A stretch of 20,000 nucleotides of DNA from Reclinomonas americana ATCC 50394. Lineage: Eukaryota. Numbering within the stretch: position 1 is the first letter of the stretch; each line of letters begins with the position of its first letter. The position numbers were made by a program, and so were the translations under genes. The notes beneath the pieces were generated by a model. That model was not told where the DNA came from, ran no database searches, and saw only the letters and a program-made list of their open reading frames with translations. The stretch covers positions 56,834-76,833 of the forward strand of contig PS015285.1 of NCBI GenBank assembly GCA_048213135.1, read 5' to 3'. Positions 11,101 to 20,000 of this stretch are shown in pieces.

Positions 11101-14100
11101 GCTGCACGTTGCGCAGCTGCTTACCAAGATTCTTGTATCAACGCAGCTGTGGGACTTGCTCGAGGATGTGGATCACTTGTTGCAGGTGGATTCCACGGGG
11201 TCGATGGCCGTGGAGATCTCGTGGGATGCCGTGGTGGCCGACGCTGCTGCGTTGCTGCGAGACTACGTCTGCGCGCTGTCTGCAGTCGCTGCCGCGAGTG
11301 TGAGCAGCTTGAGCAAGCGGCGATCTGCCGCGCAGTGGCTCACGCACCTACCGTGGTGGTCTCTGCCCGTGCATATTGATCAGTTGTTCGTGCAGTCGAC
11401 GGCGGCGGCTCCACGAGGCGCGCTGGTGAGAGTGTCTGGTGACGTCGATCTGCTCGCCGTGGCCTTGTTGCTCACTTGCTGGCGGGTGCAGGAGGTGATG
11501 CGTCTCGTGGAAGAAGTGCTACGTAGGCCTGCTGTACTGCGTCTGACGGCGGCGGAGGCCCCGCGTGTGTTTGCCGCTGGCCTCCGTCAGTTACTGGACC
11601 ACTTTGTCGTGCAGCAAGTTGCGTGGGAATGGTGTTGTGTGCTGATCCAAATCATGGACTGGTTGGCATGACTCGTCACTGTGTGCAAACGGCAGCACTC
11701 GGACGCCTCGTGTGTGAAGCAAACGTGGTGCTGTGCTCTGGTCACATTCGAGCGATTGCGCGAGAGCGGCGCCGATGGGTGCGTGATGATGCTGCCTTGC
11801 TCACTGATCCCCATTTTTTCAATTAAGTGTGCTTGTGTCTCAGTTTGCTGTGGGCCGAGAGCATCACCTACGCCGAGCTATTCAGTGCACTGCGCGACTC
11901 GTCCATGAGCTCCGAAGTCGACGTGGCCACCGTCGGCAAGCTGGCCACCATAAAGATGCAAGCGGTGTGTCGGGGCGGGGCTCGCGCTCCTCCAACGCGC
12001 TCTCGCACACTCACCGCGTTTGTGGTGATACAGATGCCGCTCTCAGAGGGAGTTGCCGACGTGTTGGCACCTTTGCTGGACATGGCTGGCCGGCTGCTTG
12101 CCGAACCGACGTACGACTCCTGGTTATCGGCGGCGACTGTGCTGCAGCAGGTGTGTGTGAAGGGGTGTCTTTCTGTTGACCGATTCGCTGATAGCTGTGT
12201 GCCTCTTGCAATGCAGCAGCTCTCCACTGCATCGCTGCAAGGCGCCTGCGTGGCGCTGCTCAAGACCGAAGTGGCGCAATCGCTCTCCAAGTTGGTGGTT
12301 ACCTGCGTGCAATATGTGTTTGACCCGCAGTCGCCACAGCGCGCGCCCCACGAATGGTTCTTACCGTGTTGCAGTGATGTGGTTGGTGCTGAGACTCACT
12401 GCTTTTTGCATGGCGCAGGGATGTACTGGCCTCGCGGTGTGCCATGGTGGTGGGAGCAATCGTCGATGCTGCTCGCGAGAGTCGTGCCGAGGTGTGAAAA
12501 TCAAGCAAGCATCGGTGTCTTCTGTTTTTTTCTGTGCGTGCTAACCACCGTACCCAGCTGCTGGAAGCACTGCTGTCGGGCGTCGTCCACGGCTGTTCGT
12601 ATCCGCGCTCCGACGTGTGCATGCAATTCCTGCGCCTCGTCTCTCGACTCGTTCGAGAAGCTTGTTGCGTGTGTGCGACAACGTACTCCGTTCCCCTGCC
12701 GCCGCTGGTGTTGAAAAGAAATGTGTGCTCTCCCCGTCGCAGCACCGGACATGGTGGCTGCCATTGTCGTCGAGCACCAGCTCCCACTGTTATTGCTGCG
12801 TTCGATAGACACGGTGCCGCGGTCGCAGCAAGCCGCCTACGCTCAGGTGGCACTCGGCGTCCTCTGTGCGCTGGCCGATGTGGCCGCATCCAATGGTTTG
12901 CGTGCGCGCGCCACCGCTAGACAGTTGCATTGTCCTCATGCAGTGGCGTGCGCAGGCCTGCAATTGCTCCCAACAGGCACGTTGCCACTCACCGTGTCAG
13001 CATGGGAGGGACCCGGCAGCATGACCTCCGTGACGGCTTCAGTGCGATCCGCCAGTTGCATCCTGAATTCTTCTGCACACCGCCTCCTTGCCATTCCGCT
13101 CAATCATTATGTTGCCGCTCCTCAAAATGCAGTGTCCTCTCTCCGCGTGTGCTTTGATCCGGCTGCCATGGGAGACGACGTTGCAGAACTTGCTACGGCC
13201 CTGGTGGACAAGCTGGTCACTTTCCCGTGGGGATTTTCAGCTCTCTTCTCCGGCAACGGCATCCCAGCCATCATGGTTTGTGTCGCTTTTTTTGTTATTT
13301 GCGTTGTCTGTGCTTGACAACGCACGGCTGACATGCATCGATATCAGGTGTCGACAATTCTCCCGGCCAGTGGAGTCGCCGACAGCAGCAATGCGCATCG
13401 CGCACACGCGCTGTCGTCTCGTCAAGCGCGCGTACTTTCGCTGCTGGACAAGTGCCTGGCCTCCATTGCCAGTCGACAGGTTGACTGGGCGCGCACCAGC
13501 GAGGCAAGCAGCGAGGCTGCCGACATTGTGCAGTCATTCACCACCGACTGCAGTGCCATCGAGGTTCGCACCGTCCTGTTCTTGCTGACCTTGCCGTGCG
13601 GAATTCATCGAGTGTTTAGGTGGCCAAGTTGATTCGCGTGGTGGACGTGTCCGGTCGCTCGGCCGACCAGGCTGCTCTGCAGGCGTTGCGCATTCTGCAC
13701 GCCATTGGCCAGCTGAGCGGCAATGCAGCGCAAGCAAACATGAGCCTCCTCGAGTCGTCGACGTGGGGCGAGTGGATGCGTGACGTGCAGTGGCTCCGTG
13801 GGTCGGTGCCGGCCGGCATTCCTGCGCACCTCTTTGGTATCCTTGGCAACACGGTGGCGGCCGGTGACGTGCGCCAAAAGACCTCCGAGGGTGTCATGGC
13901 TGGCCTCCGAGGTGCGTTTGGCGTGTCAGCAAGTCGTCGTTGATGTGTGTGTGTGTGTGTGCCAATCCTCGTTTCCGATACTTGCAGGAGCTGTTGCCTT
14001 GTGGTCGGTGTTAGGCGTGGCGGTGAGTAGTGCTGCATTCATTATCGATGTGCAATTGCTTGACTGCTCACGTTACGACGACCATTCACACAGAATGGTG

Positions 14101-17100
14101 GTGGGGACGTGCCGTCGCCGCAGCATGTATCGGAGACCCGTCGTGCCATTCTCAATTTCCTGCGACGGCTGTGCGATGACAAGCTGCCGCGCGTCGCGAG
14201 TGCATTCGCCGAGTCGCGAGTGCCATCGGCGCTGCTGCCGTTCCTGGAACATGCACCACTTGGTTTGTGCTCTCTCTCTCTCTCTCTCTCTCAGTTTTTC
14301 GAGCTCATGCCGGTGGCTGCTCATCACCTTTTGTGGCAGACTCGCCGACACACAGGGAGACGCTGTCGATATTCATCGAGTTGTTCGAGCACATGGCACC
14401 GGGTACATTCTTGAGTGGCGACACGAAGCGCGAGGCCTACGACATCATGTCGCGGTTTGTTATGGCGCAACGTGTCAGCGTGTGTGTTTTTCCTGACTCG
14501 TCGCGCGCAGGTGCATGTCGCAGCGCGAGTACCCACCCGAGCCGTACATTCGACTGATGACGTGCTGCTGTGAGCTCACCGACAATGTCACGGGCGTCTT
14601 GCGTGAGCCACTGGTGGTTGACCGTCTGTGTGGCGCCGTGAATCCGCGCACGCATCTGCAAGCGTCCATGCGAGTCGTGGAAATGTTCATTCAGTGCTGG
14701 AAAGAGGCCGCGGTGACATCGCTGTTTGTGGAGAGCGGCATTGTGCAGGTGTGGTTCTGTGTATACTCCCACTGACACTTGTTTTGCTCACGCACTGTGT
14801 GCGCCGCCACAGGGCGCCATTTCTTGCTTGTCGGAGTTGGCGTCGCGCGACTTTTCCAGCCGACCAAGCACCGTGCGGTGTCTGGAGGCACTGGAGCTGG
14901 TGCGCCCCATGCGTGTTGTAGATTTGTGCCGTCCTGCGTGGCTCATTTTTGTGCAGGCAATCCGACTGGCGCCAGAGGCAGCACAGTCAGCCGTCCTCAA
15001 CCAGTTTTGTTGGCATCGTGACGAGTTATATATCGTTTCTAAGCTTCGCTCATTACTTCTGTCGTCTTTCGTAGGACTCCGCTGCTGCTGCGATGCATTC
15101 TCCATGAAGTGACTGGAAAATCGGCCGACTACGCCGTGCCGCCCACCGCCATCAGCTCCACAGCGCTGCAGGCGTTGCATAGTGCGCAGGAAGTGTCGGT
15201 GCGCAGTTCAGATACAGTTGCCGCCGCCGCCATGCGCCGCTTCCAGGCCCCGCGTACAATTGCCGAGGCATTGCTGCTACTGGCCGAGTGCACCTCGCGA
15301 CAGTCGTTCATTCCGCTCTCCGAGTCGCGCAACCGCTGGCTGCAGCAGCTGCTCGGAATACTCGCGCATTCGTGTCGGTGAGTGCAACTCACATCTCTCG
15401 CCTCTTTTTCTCTCTCTTTCTGTGGCTCGCACTCCAACAGTGCTGCACAGGCGTCATGAATTGCTGCCGCCCATGACCACCGACGAGATGAATCTCGTCA
15501 GCCGTGCAGTGCTGGCTCTGTTGCGTCTGGCACTCGTGCCGTCACTGCATCTCGCCGCCGAGTCCGTCGCTGCGACATGCCGCCTTGTGCGCGAGATTGG
15601 CGTGCTGGTGGGTTGTGTCGTGCATGCACACCAGGTAGTCAATGGATGCTGACTGCTTGTGTTTGGTTTAGGCGTGCGGTCCCGCCGAGGAGTACGTCAG
15701 TGTGCTGACACAGCTGGCGGAGCAAAAGAGTCACGCCAAGCTGCCAGCCATGCGACTGCTGACTGCGTACTTGTCGGACTCGAAGCTGCGCAGCGTCTTC
15801 CTGGCTGGCGGCGGACTCGCCACGGTGCTGACCGACATGGCGACTGAGGACGAAGAGATCTCCGTGGTGGCCACCGAGGTGCGCTGGCGAGGAGGAGGAA
15901 AAGGGGGGAGAACGCGATTTGAATTGTTGCTAACGCTTGATGCAATGATGCAGCTGATGGACATGGTCACTGTGGCTGGCGCGAGGGATGCGCAGATTGC
16001 CAGCCACTTGATGTCCATTGTGCACACGCACACACCGCATTTGGATGCCGGCGACTCCATGGCAGTGTCCGAGAGGAAGATCAGCAGTGCGCTCGTGTCT
16101 CTGCGGTTTGTTTTTGGTCACACTGCGCGCTCCTCTTGTGACTTCCTCACCAACGTGGCAAACCAGGAATCTCGTGTCGCGTCTCGGGGGCGACATGTTG
16201 TCCGCTCTCAAACCCACCGATGTCGATGTGTTGCGACGATTGGCCGTGTCGCACGGCCTTCCGACTACCCCCGCACTGCAGGCGTCTGCTCTGCAGCTCC
16301 TCGTCACCATGCTCGGCACGCTGTCGGGCACCGATCCGTTGTTGGCCTCGGTGCACTCGATCTCCGCCGGCCAGGTTCGGCGACCGCAAACACTAACTGT
16401 GAATGTGTATGTGGTGGACGATAGCTGATCTCTGTGTGCAGGACCTGGTGCTGTCGCTCGATCACCTGCTCAAGGAACTGCGCGCCGATGCGCCATCTCA
16501 AGTCATTGACGCGGCGTGCCTGCACATGGAGGTTCTTTCATTTGCATGTTCCTCTCCGCAGCTGTCTCCATGGTGTCACATGTGTCGTCTCTCTCGCAGC
16601 TGCTGCAAGCGACTGTGCGTGCGCGTGGCGTGGCCACCATTCCTCTGTCGTCGGCGCTCTCCGTGTTGTGGCACACGGCGAGTCGGGCGTATGTGGTGGT
16701 GGAGAAGTCGGCCAATCGGCGCTCGCCCATTGAGCAGCTTCGCGCCACGCTGCTCACATTCGCCGCGGTGGTGGATTCGGTGAGGGGGAGAAGGGGGGAG
16801 AGAGAGAGAAAGGGAGAAGGAAAAGAGAGGAGGGAGTGATAGGAAGGGTGGGAAAGGGTGCTGGTAAGATTGACAAGCGTAGCAAGAATTGGATGCAGTG
16901 TCTTGATTAGTAAGTTTGAGAGATCGGCAAGCGGTGGAGGAGTACGAGCAAGTCAGTAGTAGTTGGAGGGAATGGGATGACAAGCATGTGGGCGGGCAGT
17001 GTGGAAGGAACAGAGATCGAGAAGATTAGCAAGAACTGGATGCAGTGTCTTGATTAGGAGATAGGTTTGAGAGATCGGCAAGCGGCGGAAGGGGAAGGAG

Positions 17101-19941
17101 CGGAAAACAAGAAGGAGAATGAGTACCGGAGGAGTTGGAGGCTTACAATATCTGTGAGATGGAGTGTGAGCGATTAATTGGCAGAAGAGAGAGATGATGA
17201 GAAGATCTGCATGCATACGGGGAGAAGCTTTATCACGGGTTATTGTGGGCGGTCATTAACTCATCCAGTGCTGCGATGAAACACGCAGGCGGTGGACGAG
17301 GCTGAGATTTCTGGTGACATGGTGTCTGCACTGAGTTCCGCCACTGGAGTGCGGGATCATTTGCAAAACTGTGAGTCTGGCTTTTTTCTTGCGCACCTTT
17401 TGCTGAATACTCACGTTTCCCCTCTGCATATGCAGACATTGCTTCGATGCTCCGTCTCTGCTTGGCGCGCAGTCCATTCTTGCGCACCTCGGATGGTGAG
17501 TTGACTGTCTCCTTGCTGTGATGCACCTCCCCCTTATTTGGTGGAACAGCGTTGGAGGAGTCACAGCGCATGTCGCTTCGTGCTTCGTCGTTTGCCGGTC
17601 TGCGCGCATTGTTGACGTTGCAGGCGTTTGAGGTTGCGTCGCGGCACCCTGTCTTGTCTTGCTCTCGCTGGCCTCTGATTGCAACGCAGCGTCTGGTGTT
17701 GGACTCGACCATGCGCGTCGTTCGAGACGAGGGTGTGGTCGACAGTGTCACCGGTCAGGTGCGCGACATACTGGCACACACCTCCGCAGTGCGACCGACC
17801 GGTGTGACTGGCGGTGCGTCATGCTTCTCACTTTGAGCAACACACACGTGAGCTGCTTACGCGCGTGTGCGTGCGCTGCAGAGTTTGTTGCCGGTGGCCT
17901 CGATTTGCTCGCCGAGATCCTCCGTCTCAGTGACGAGCCGGCGGCGAACGCTGCCGCGGTTCACGGGGAGCTGGTGGCGCAGACGGTGCGATTGCTTTCG
18001 CACGATCCGAACACCGCCGCTGACGACGGAGTGGTGGGAGCGGCGGCCAAGATGTGTCGCACATGGATCGAGCTGCGGGTAGTGCCCATGTTGGGCGCAT
18101 TCGCCGACACGATGGTGGCCACATTGGCGGTGCGTGTGTGTGTGCTGGGTGCAGAGACAAAAAATACTGCTTTGTTCACACCTTGTCGCAATGCAGCATC
18201 TGGCGCGTATGCAAAGGAACCACCAGGGTGCGAAAGACATGGCGTTGTTGCTGGTCGCCTTGCATCGAGCGGACAGCAAGCGGTTCAACGAGGCTCTCGC
18301 CCAGCAGCAGTTGGTACCGCTGGAGACGGCGGCACGGATTGTGTTGCGCGCTGTTCAACTGGCTGCTTCCTTCCCGCCCGCTGTCGCTCTCCCGTGCATG
18401 CAGATGCTGGCCGGTGAGTGTGCGTGTTCAGCAGTCCATGTGAGGTTTTGCCTTGCCCACCGCTGGCACGTTTTTTTCCTTCATTCAGGTCTGGCGCTGG
18501 ACTCGCCCATCGCGGTGTTCTTGTGCGCGCCGGGCAGTGTGGTGGCGGTGGCCACATCACTGCGCCAGTTCACCGCGCGCAATGTGACCAAGGCGCGCGC
18601 TCGCGATTCGATCGATCTCAGTGGCCAGCAGCAGCTGTCGGTGGCGGCGCAATGGTTCGTGTGTATGCTTCGTTAAATGTGCTGAGAGTGGTGCGTGTAT
18701 CTCACCCGCCTATGCCTCAGCGCCCTGGCCATGTGCGCCGCTCTCCGCTTGCTGACCTCGGCCGATAGTCACGCGATTCACGCCGCGCTGACTGAGGCGG
18801 CGACAGATCGACGACCAGTATCACGATTGGCGCCCGGCAAGAGGTAAAGCGGCCGCCCCACTGCCTATGCGCACTCACAGCGTTCTTCTCACGATGCGCG
18901 AGTGAGCAGCACACGCACTCTGGCCGAGGTGCTGGTCGGTCTGATCATGGAAACGCATTTTATCGGCGTGCGGCAGCCTTCGCAACCACAACAAGTGGGT
19001 CAGCCGGATCCTGTCGACGCCATTTGTCTGCTGGGGCGAGTGTACGGAGCACTGCAGGTGTCGTCGCATGTGCGAGCTGTGGAGGATGTGCACCGCACGG
19101 TGCAGCCGGTGATCATGGCGCTGCTTGGATTGCTGGCCTCGCCGCGGCCCGATGTGTGCTACTGGAGGTGGGATGGGGGAAGGGGAAGAAGGAGGGAAAG
19201 AGAAGGGGAGAGGTGGAAGAGGGAAAGGGCTTTAGGGAGGGAGGAAGCGATTCGAGACTGCAGCTGGGAATAGGAAGGGAGAAAAGGGAGGGACAGATGA
19301 GGAGAGAGAGAGAATGTGAGGAAGACAGGCGACAGAGAAAGGGTTTTCCGCACCACATCGGCTGTTCTCAACAACAACGACTTGCTTTCGCAGCGCGTAC
19401 GTCTTGCGCTGCTCGACGGAAGACTCGCAGATTGCAGAGCAACTGCGCGCCGCCGGTGCCGCCGCAGTCATCACCGACTTGATCGGACGAGACCGCACGA
19501 ACGCCGCGCAGCAGCTGATGGTCGAGATCCTCATGCAAATTGGTGAGTGTGGTGGTGCTTGCCGCCGCTTCGTGTTGGGAATTCCGACGAGAGATGCGCA
19601 GGTGTGGAGGATACGGCCAGCTCTGTCGTGTCGTCGTACTCGGCCGCCTCATCGACCGCCACCAGTCCACGTGCGCGACAATTGCAGGACGCCGGCAAAC
19701 GCGCAGCTGAACTGGAGATGTCCATGGCGGAGGCGTTGCAGGCGCATGCACAGCAGATTCGTGAATTGCAGCGCGAGCTGGAACGCGTGCGAAGCGAGTT
19801 GGTGCAGTCGGAGCAGATGCGCTCGGAAAATATGAGAGTTACGTATTCGCCCTGCATGCGCTTGTTGTTCTTCTTCGCCATGACCACTCTTCTCACGTGT
19901 ACCTGCTTGACGACCACCGCGACACACAGAGGGCGGAAAAG
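354..19941 (+). CDS. Single very large multi-exon gene (~80 introns), truncated at both window edges. Predicted LRR + ARM/HEAT-like solenoid + coiled-coil protein of roughly 4,000+ aa within the window; function unknown
   Basis: Consecutive GT..AG introns with CTCAC/CTGAC/CTAAC branch motifs join exons into one open frame with consistent phases. First exons: 354-501, 563-636, 699-877, 945-965, 1028-1072, 1150-1202, 1261-1320, 1381-1470, 1536-1771, 2312-2422, 2491-2667, 2741-2812, 2878-2988. Last exons: 19394-19542, 19602-19837, 19930-19941. I found no in-frame stop that splicing could not remove and no intergenic spacer. Some individual boundaries are ambiguous. Confidence 0.85.
1761..2988 (+). 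CDS. Leucine-rich repeat block (~5 LRRs) ending in an LRRcap motif (U2A'/ANP32/SDS22-like), spread over 5 exons
   Basis: Spliced translation: ESIREVHLRNHKIEVLPKSGLEVFANVRVLDLSNNKINVLPWRWFSGFRSLSHLYLNNNKIHTVELDDIGQGVALCPSLRHLEMVRTAVRTLDDLFKLARNVREHIRVLRFNGNPCVNSLLERNDLLHVSIEYRFRIIDMCTQLGDLDGVLVNAAER. It contains LxxLxLxxNxI repeats, a terminal GNP, and a YRxxIIxxxxxLxxLDG...ER cap. Confidence 0.85.
1858..2310 (+). repeat. Intronic compound repeat: ~13-nt CCCCTTCCGTCT(T/C) minisatellite, then (CT)n and (CCT)n microsatellites
   Basis: Directly visible inside intron 1772-2311. Minisatellite about 1858-2010, (CT)n about 2091-2177, (CCT)n about 2178-2242. Confidence 0.9.
2011..2090. other. Assembly gap (80 N)
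   Basis: Run of N between the minisatellite and the (CT)n tract. The flanking exons join in frame (ag+g = Arg in ESIR-EVHL). Confidence 0.98.
3061..19542 (+). CDS. Long alpha-helical solenoid region with ARM/HEAT-like repeats (part of the same gene)
   Basis: Recurrent amphipathic, ARM-like segments: MSPRVEEQVDALKIIG...LFLNDNMGIVSRALSMQNALVVERCLAALYPLL (~3110-3360); AAVTSLFVESGIVQGAISCL (~14710-14830); AMRLLTAYLSDSKLRSVFLAGGGLATVLTDMATEDEEISVVATELM (~15750-15960); ALLGLLASPRPDVCYWSAYVLRCSTEDSQIAEQLRAAGAAAVITDLI (~19120-19485). Judged by eye, no profile search run. Confidence 0.55.
3880..4328 (+). repeat. Intronic degenerate ~10-nt polypyrimidine satellite (TTCCCTCTCT-like)
   Basis: Many imperfect TTTCCCTCTC/TTCCCCTCT units inside the 620-nt intron 3718-4337. 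Confidence 0.9.
6335..6359 (+). repeat. Coding (GAC)n trinucleotide repeat encoding poly-Asp
   Basis: ggt gac gac gac gac gac gac gac gat gga = GDDDDDDDDG, in the frame of the exon. Confidence 0.8.
8665..8731 (+). other. Probable GC-AG intron (67 nt)
   Basis: A phase-1 donor is needed to reach ETFLEALLDVL. AAG|GCACGT fits. The next phase-1 GT (T|GTGTGT) would create TAG, and a later G|GTTGTT at 8686 gives an unusually short 46-nt intron. Confidence 0.6.
13945..13961 (+). repeat. Intronic (GT)n microsatellite
   Basis: gtgtgtgtgtgtgtgtg within the intron starting at 13912. Confidence 0.85.
14270..14293 (+). repeat. Intronic (CT)n microsatellite
   Basis: ctctctctctctctctctctctc within the intron starting at 14263. 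Confidence 0.85.
16780..17288 (+). other. 509-nt purine-rich intron containing an imperfect direct repeat
   Basis: Donor G|GTGAGG at 16780 and acceptor CAG ending 17288 join ...AVVDS-AVDEAEI... in frame. Sequence is G/A-rich and lower in GC than the exons. Repeat copies at about 16880-16940 and 17027-17092. Confidence 0.8.
19168..19393 (+). repeat. 226-nt intron filled with polypurine (GA-rich) low-complexity sequence
   Basis: Donor AG|GTGGGA and acceptor CAG join DVCYW-S-AYVLR in frame. About 19170-19343 is almost all G/A. Confidence 0.8.
19682..19941 (+). CDS. Coiled-coil segment continuing beyond the window
   Basis: LQDAGKRAAELEMSMAEALQAHAQQIRELQRELERVRSELVQSEQMRSENMR, then the 12-nt exon RAEK. 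E/Q/R-rich, heptad-spaced hydrophobic residues, no prolines. Confidence 0.7.
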
Positions 19942-20000
19942 GTCTTGTGTTGTTTTGCGTCGTGAGAATCTCACCGCCACGCCCTGTGCGCTGACTTGTG

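Noticed and set aside
16880-17092. CRISPR-like repeat, or iron-responsive element (CAGTGN loop)
   Set aside because: Only two imperfect copies with similar downstream sequence and no cas genes in a eukaryotic intron. The bases flanking CAGTGT do not form the IRE upper stem.
17194-17288. ATGATGA resembling a snoRNA box C
   Set aside because: No CTGA box D or terminal stem downstream within the intron.
2989-18488. Many 3n, stop-free introns (e.g. 2989-3060, 7084-7170, 10687-10758) as a possible intron-retention system
   Set aside because: Their number looks compatible with chance for ~65-nt introns in GC-rich DNA. A few may simply be coding.

Overview
Eukaryotic, GC-rich, extremely intron-dense genomic DNA (probably a protist; I cannot name the organism). 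Splicing by hand, essentially the whole window is the interior of ONE very large + strand protein-coding gene with no start or stop in view. It has about 80 spliceosomal introns, mostly ~55-85 nt, and roughly 4,000+ codons of exon. The protein reads: possible PH-domain tail, a short leucine-rich-repeat block with an LRRcap (about 1760-2990), a very long Leu/Ala/Val-rich helical region with ARM/HEAT-like segments, then a coiled coil from about 19680. Five introns are swollen by polypyrimidine or polypurine tracts, and one of these holds an 80-N gap. The most striking signal is in the 5' splice sites. Nearly all donors follow an exonic G, but donors lacking that G are mostly of a separate class, H|GTTDYGT (mainly GTTGCGT). 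This is the common G|GTGCGT motif displaced by one nucleotide, which suggests frequent use of a shifted or bulged U1/U6 register. The supplied ORF track is largely exon-intron read-through or antisense noise. All exon boundaries are manual inferences without transcript data.
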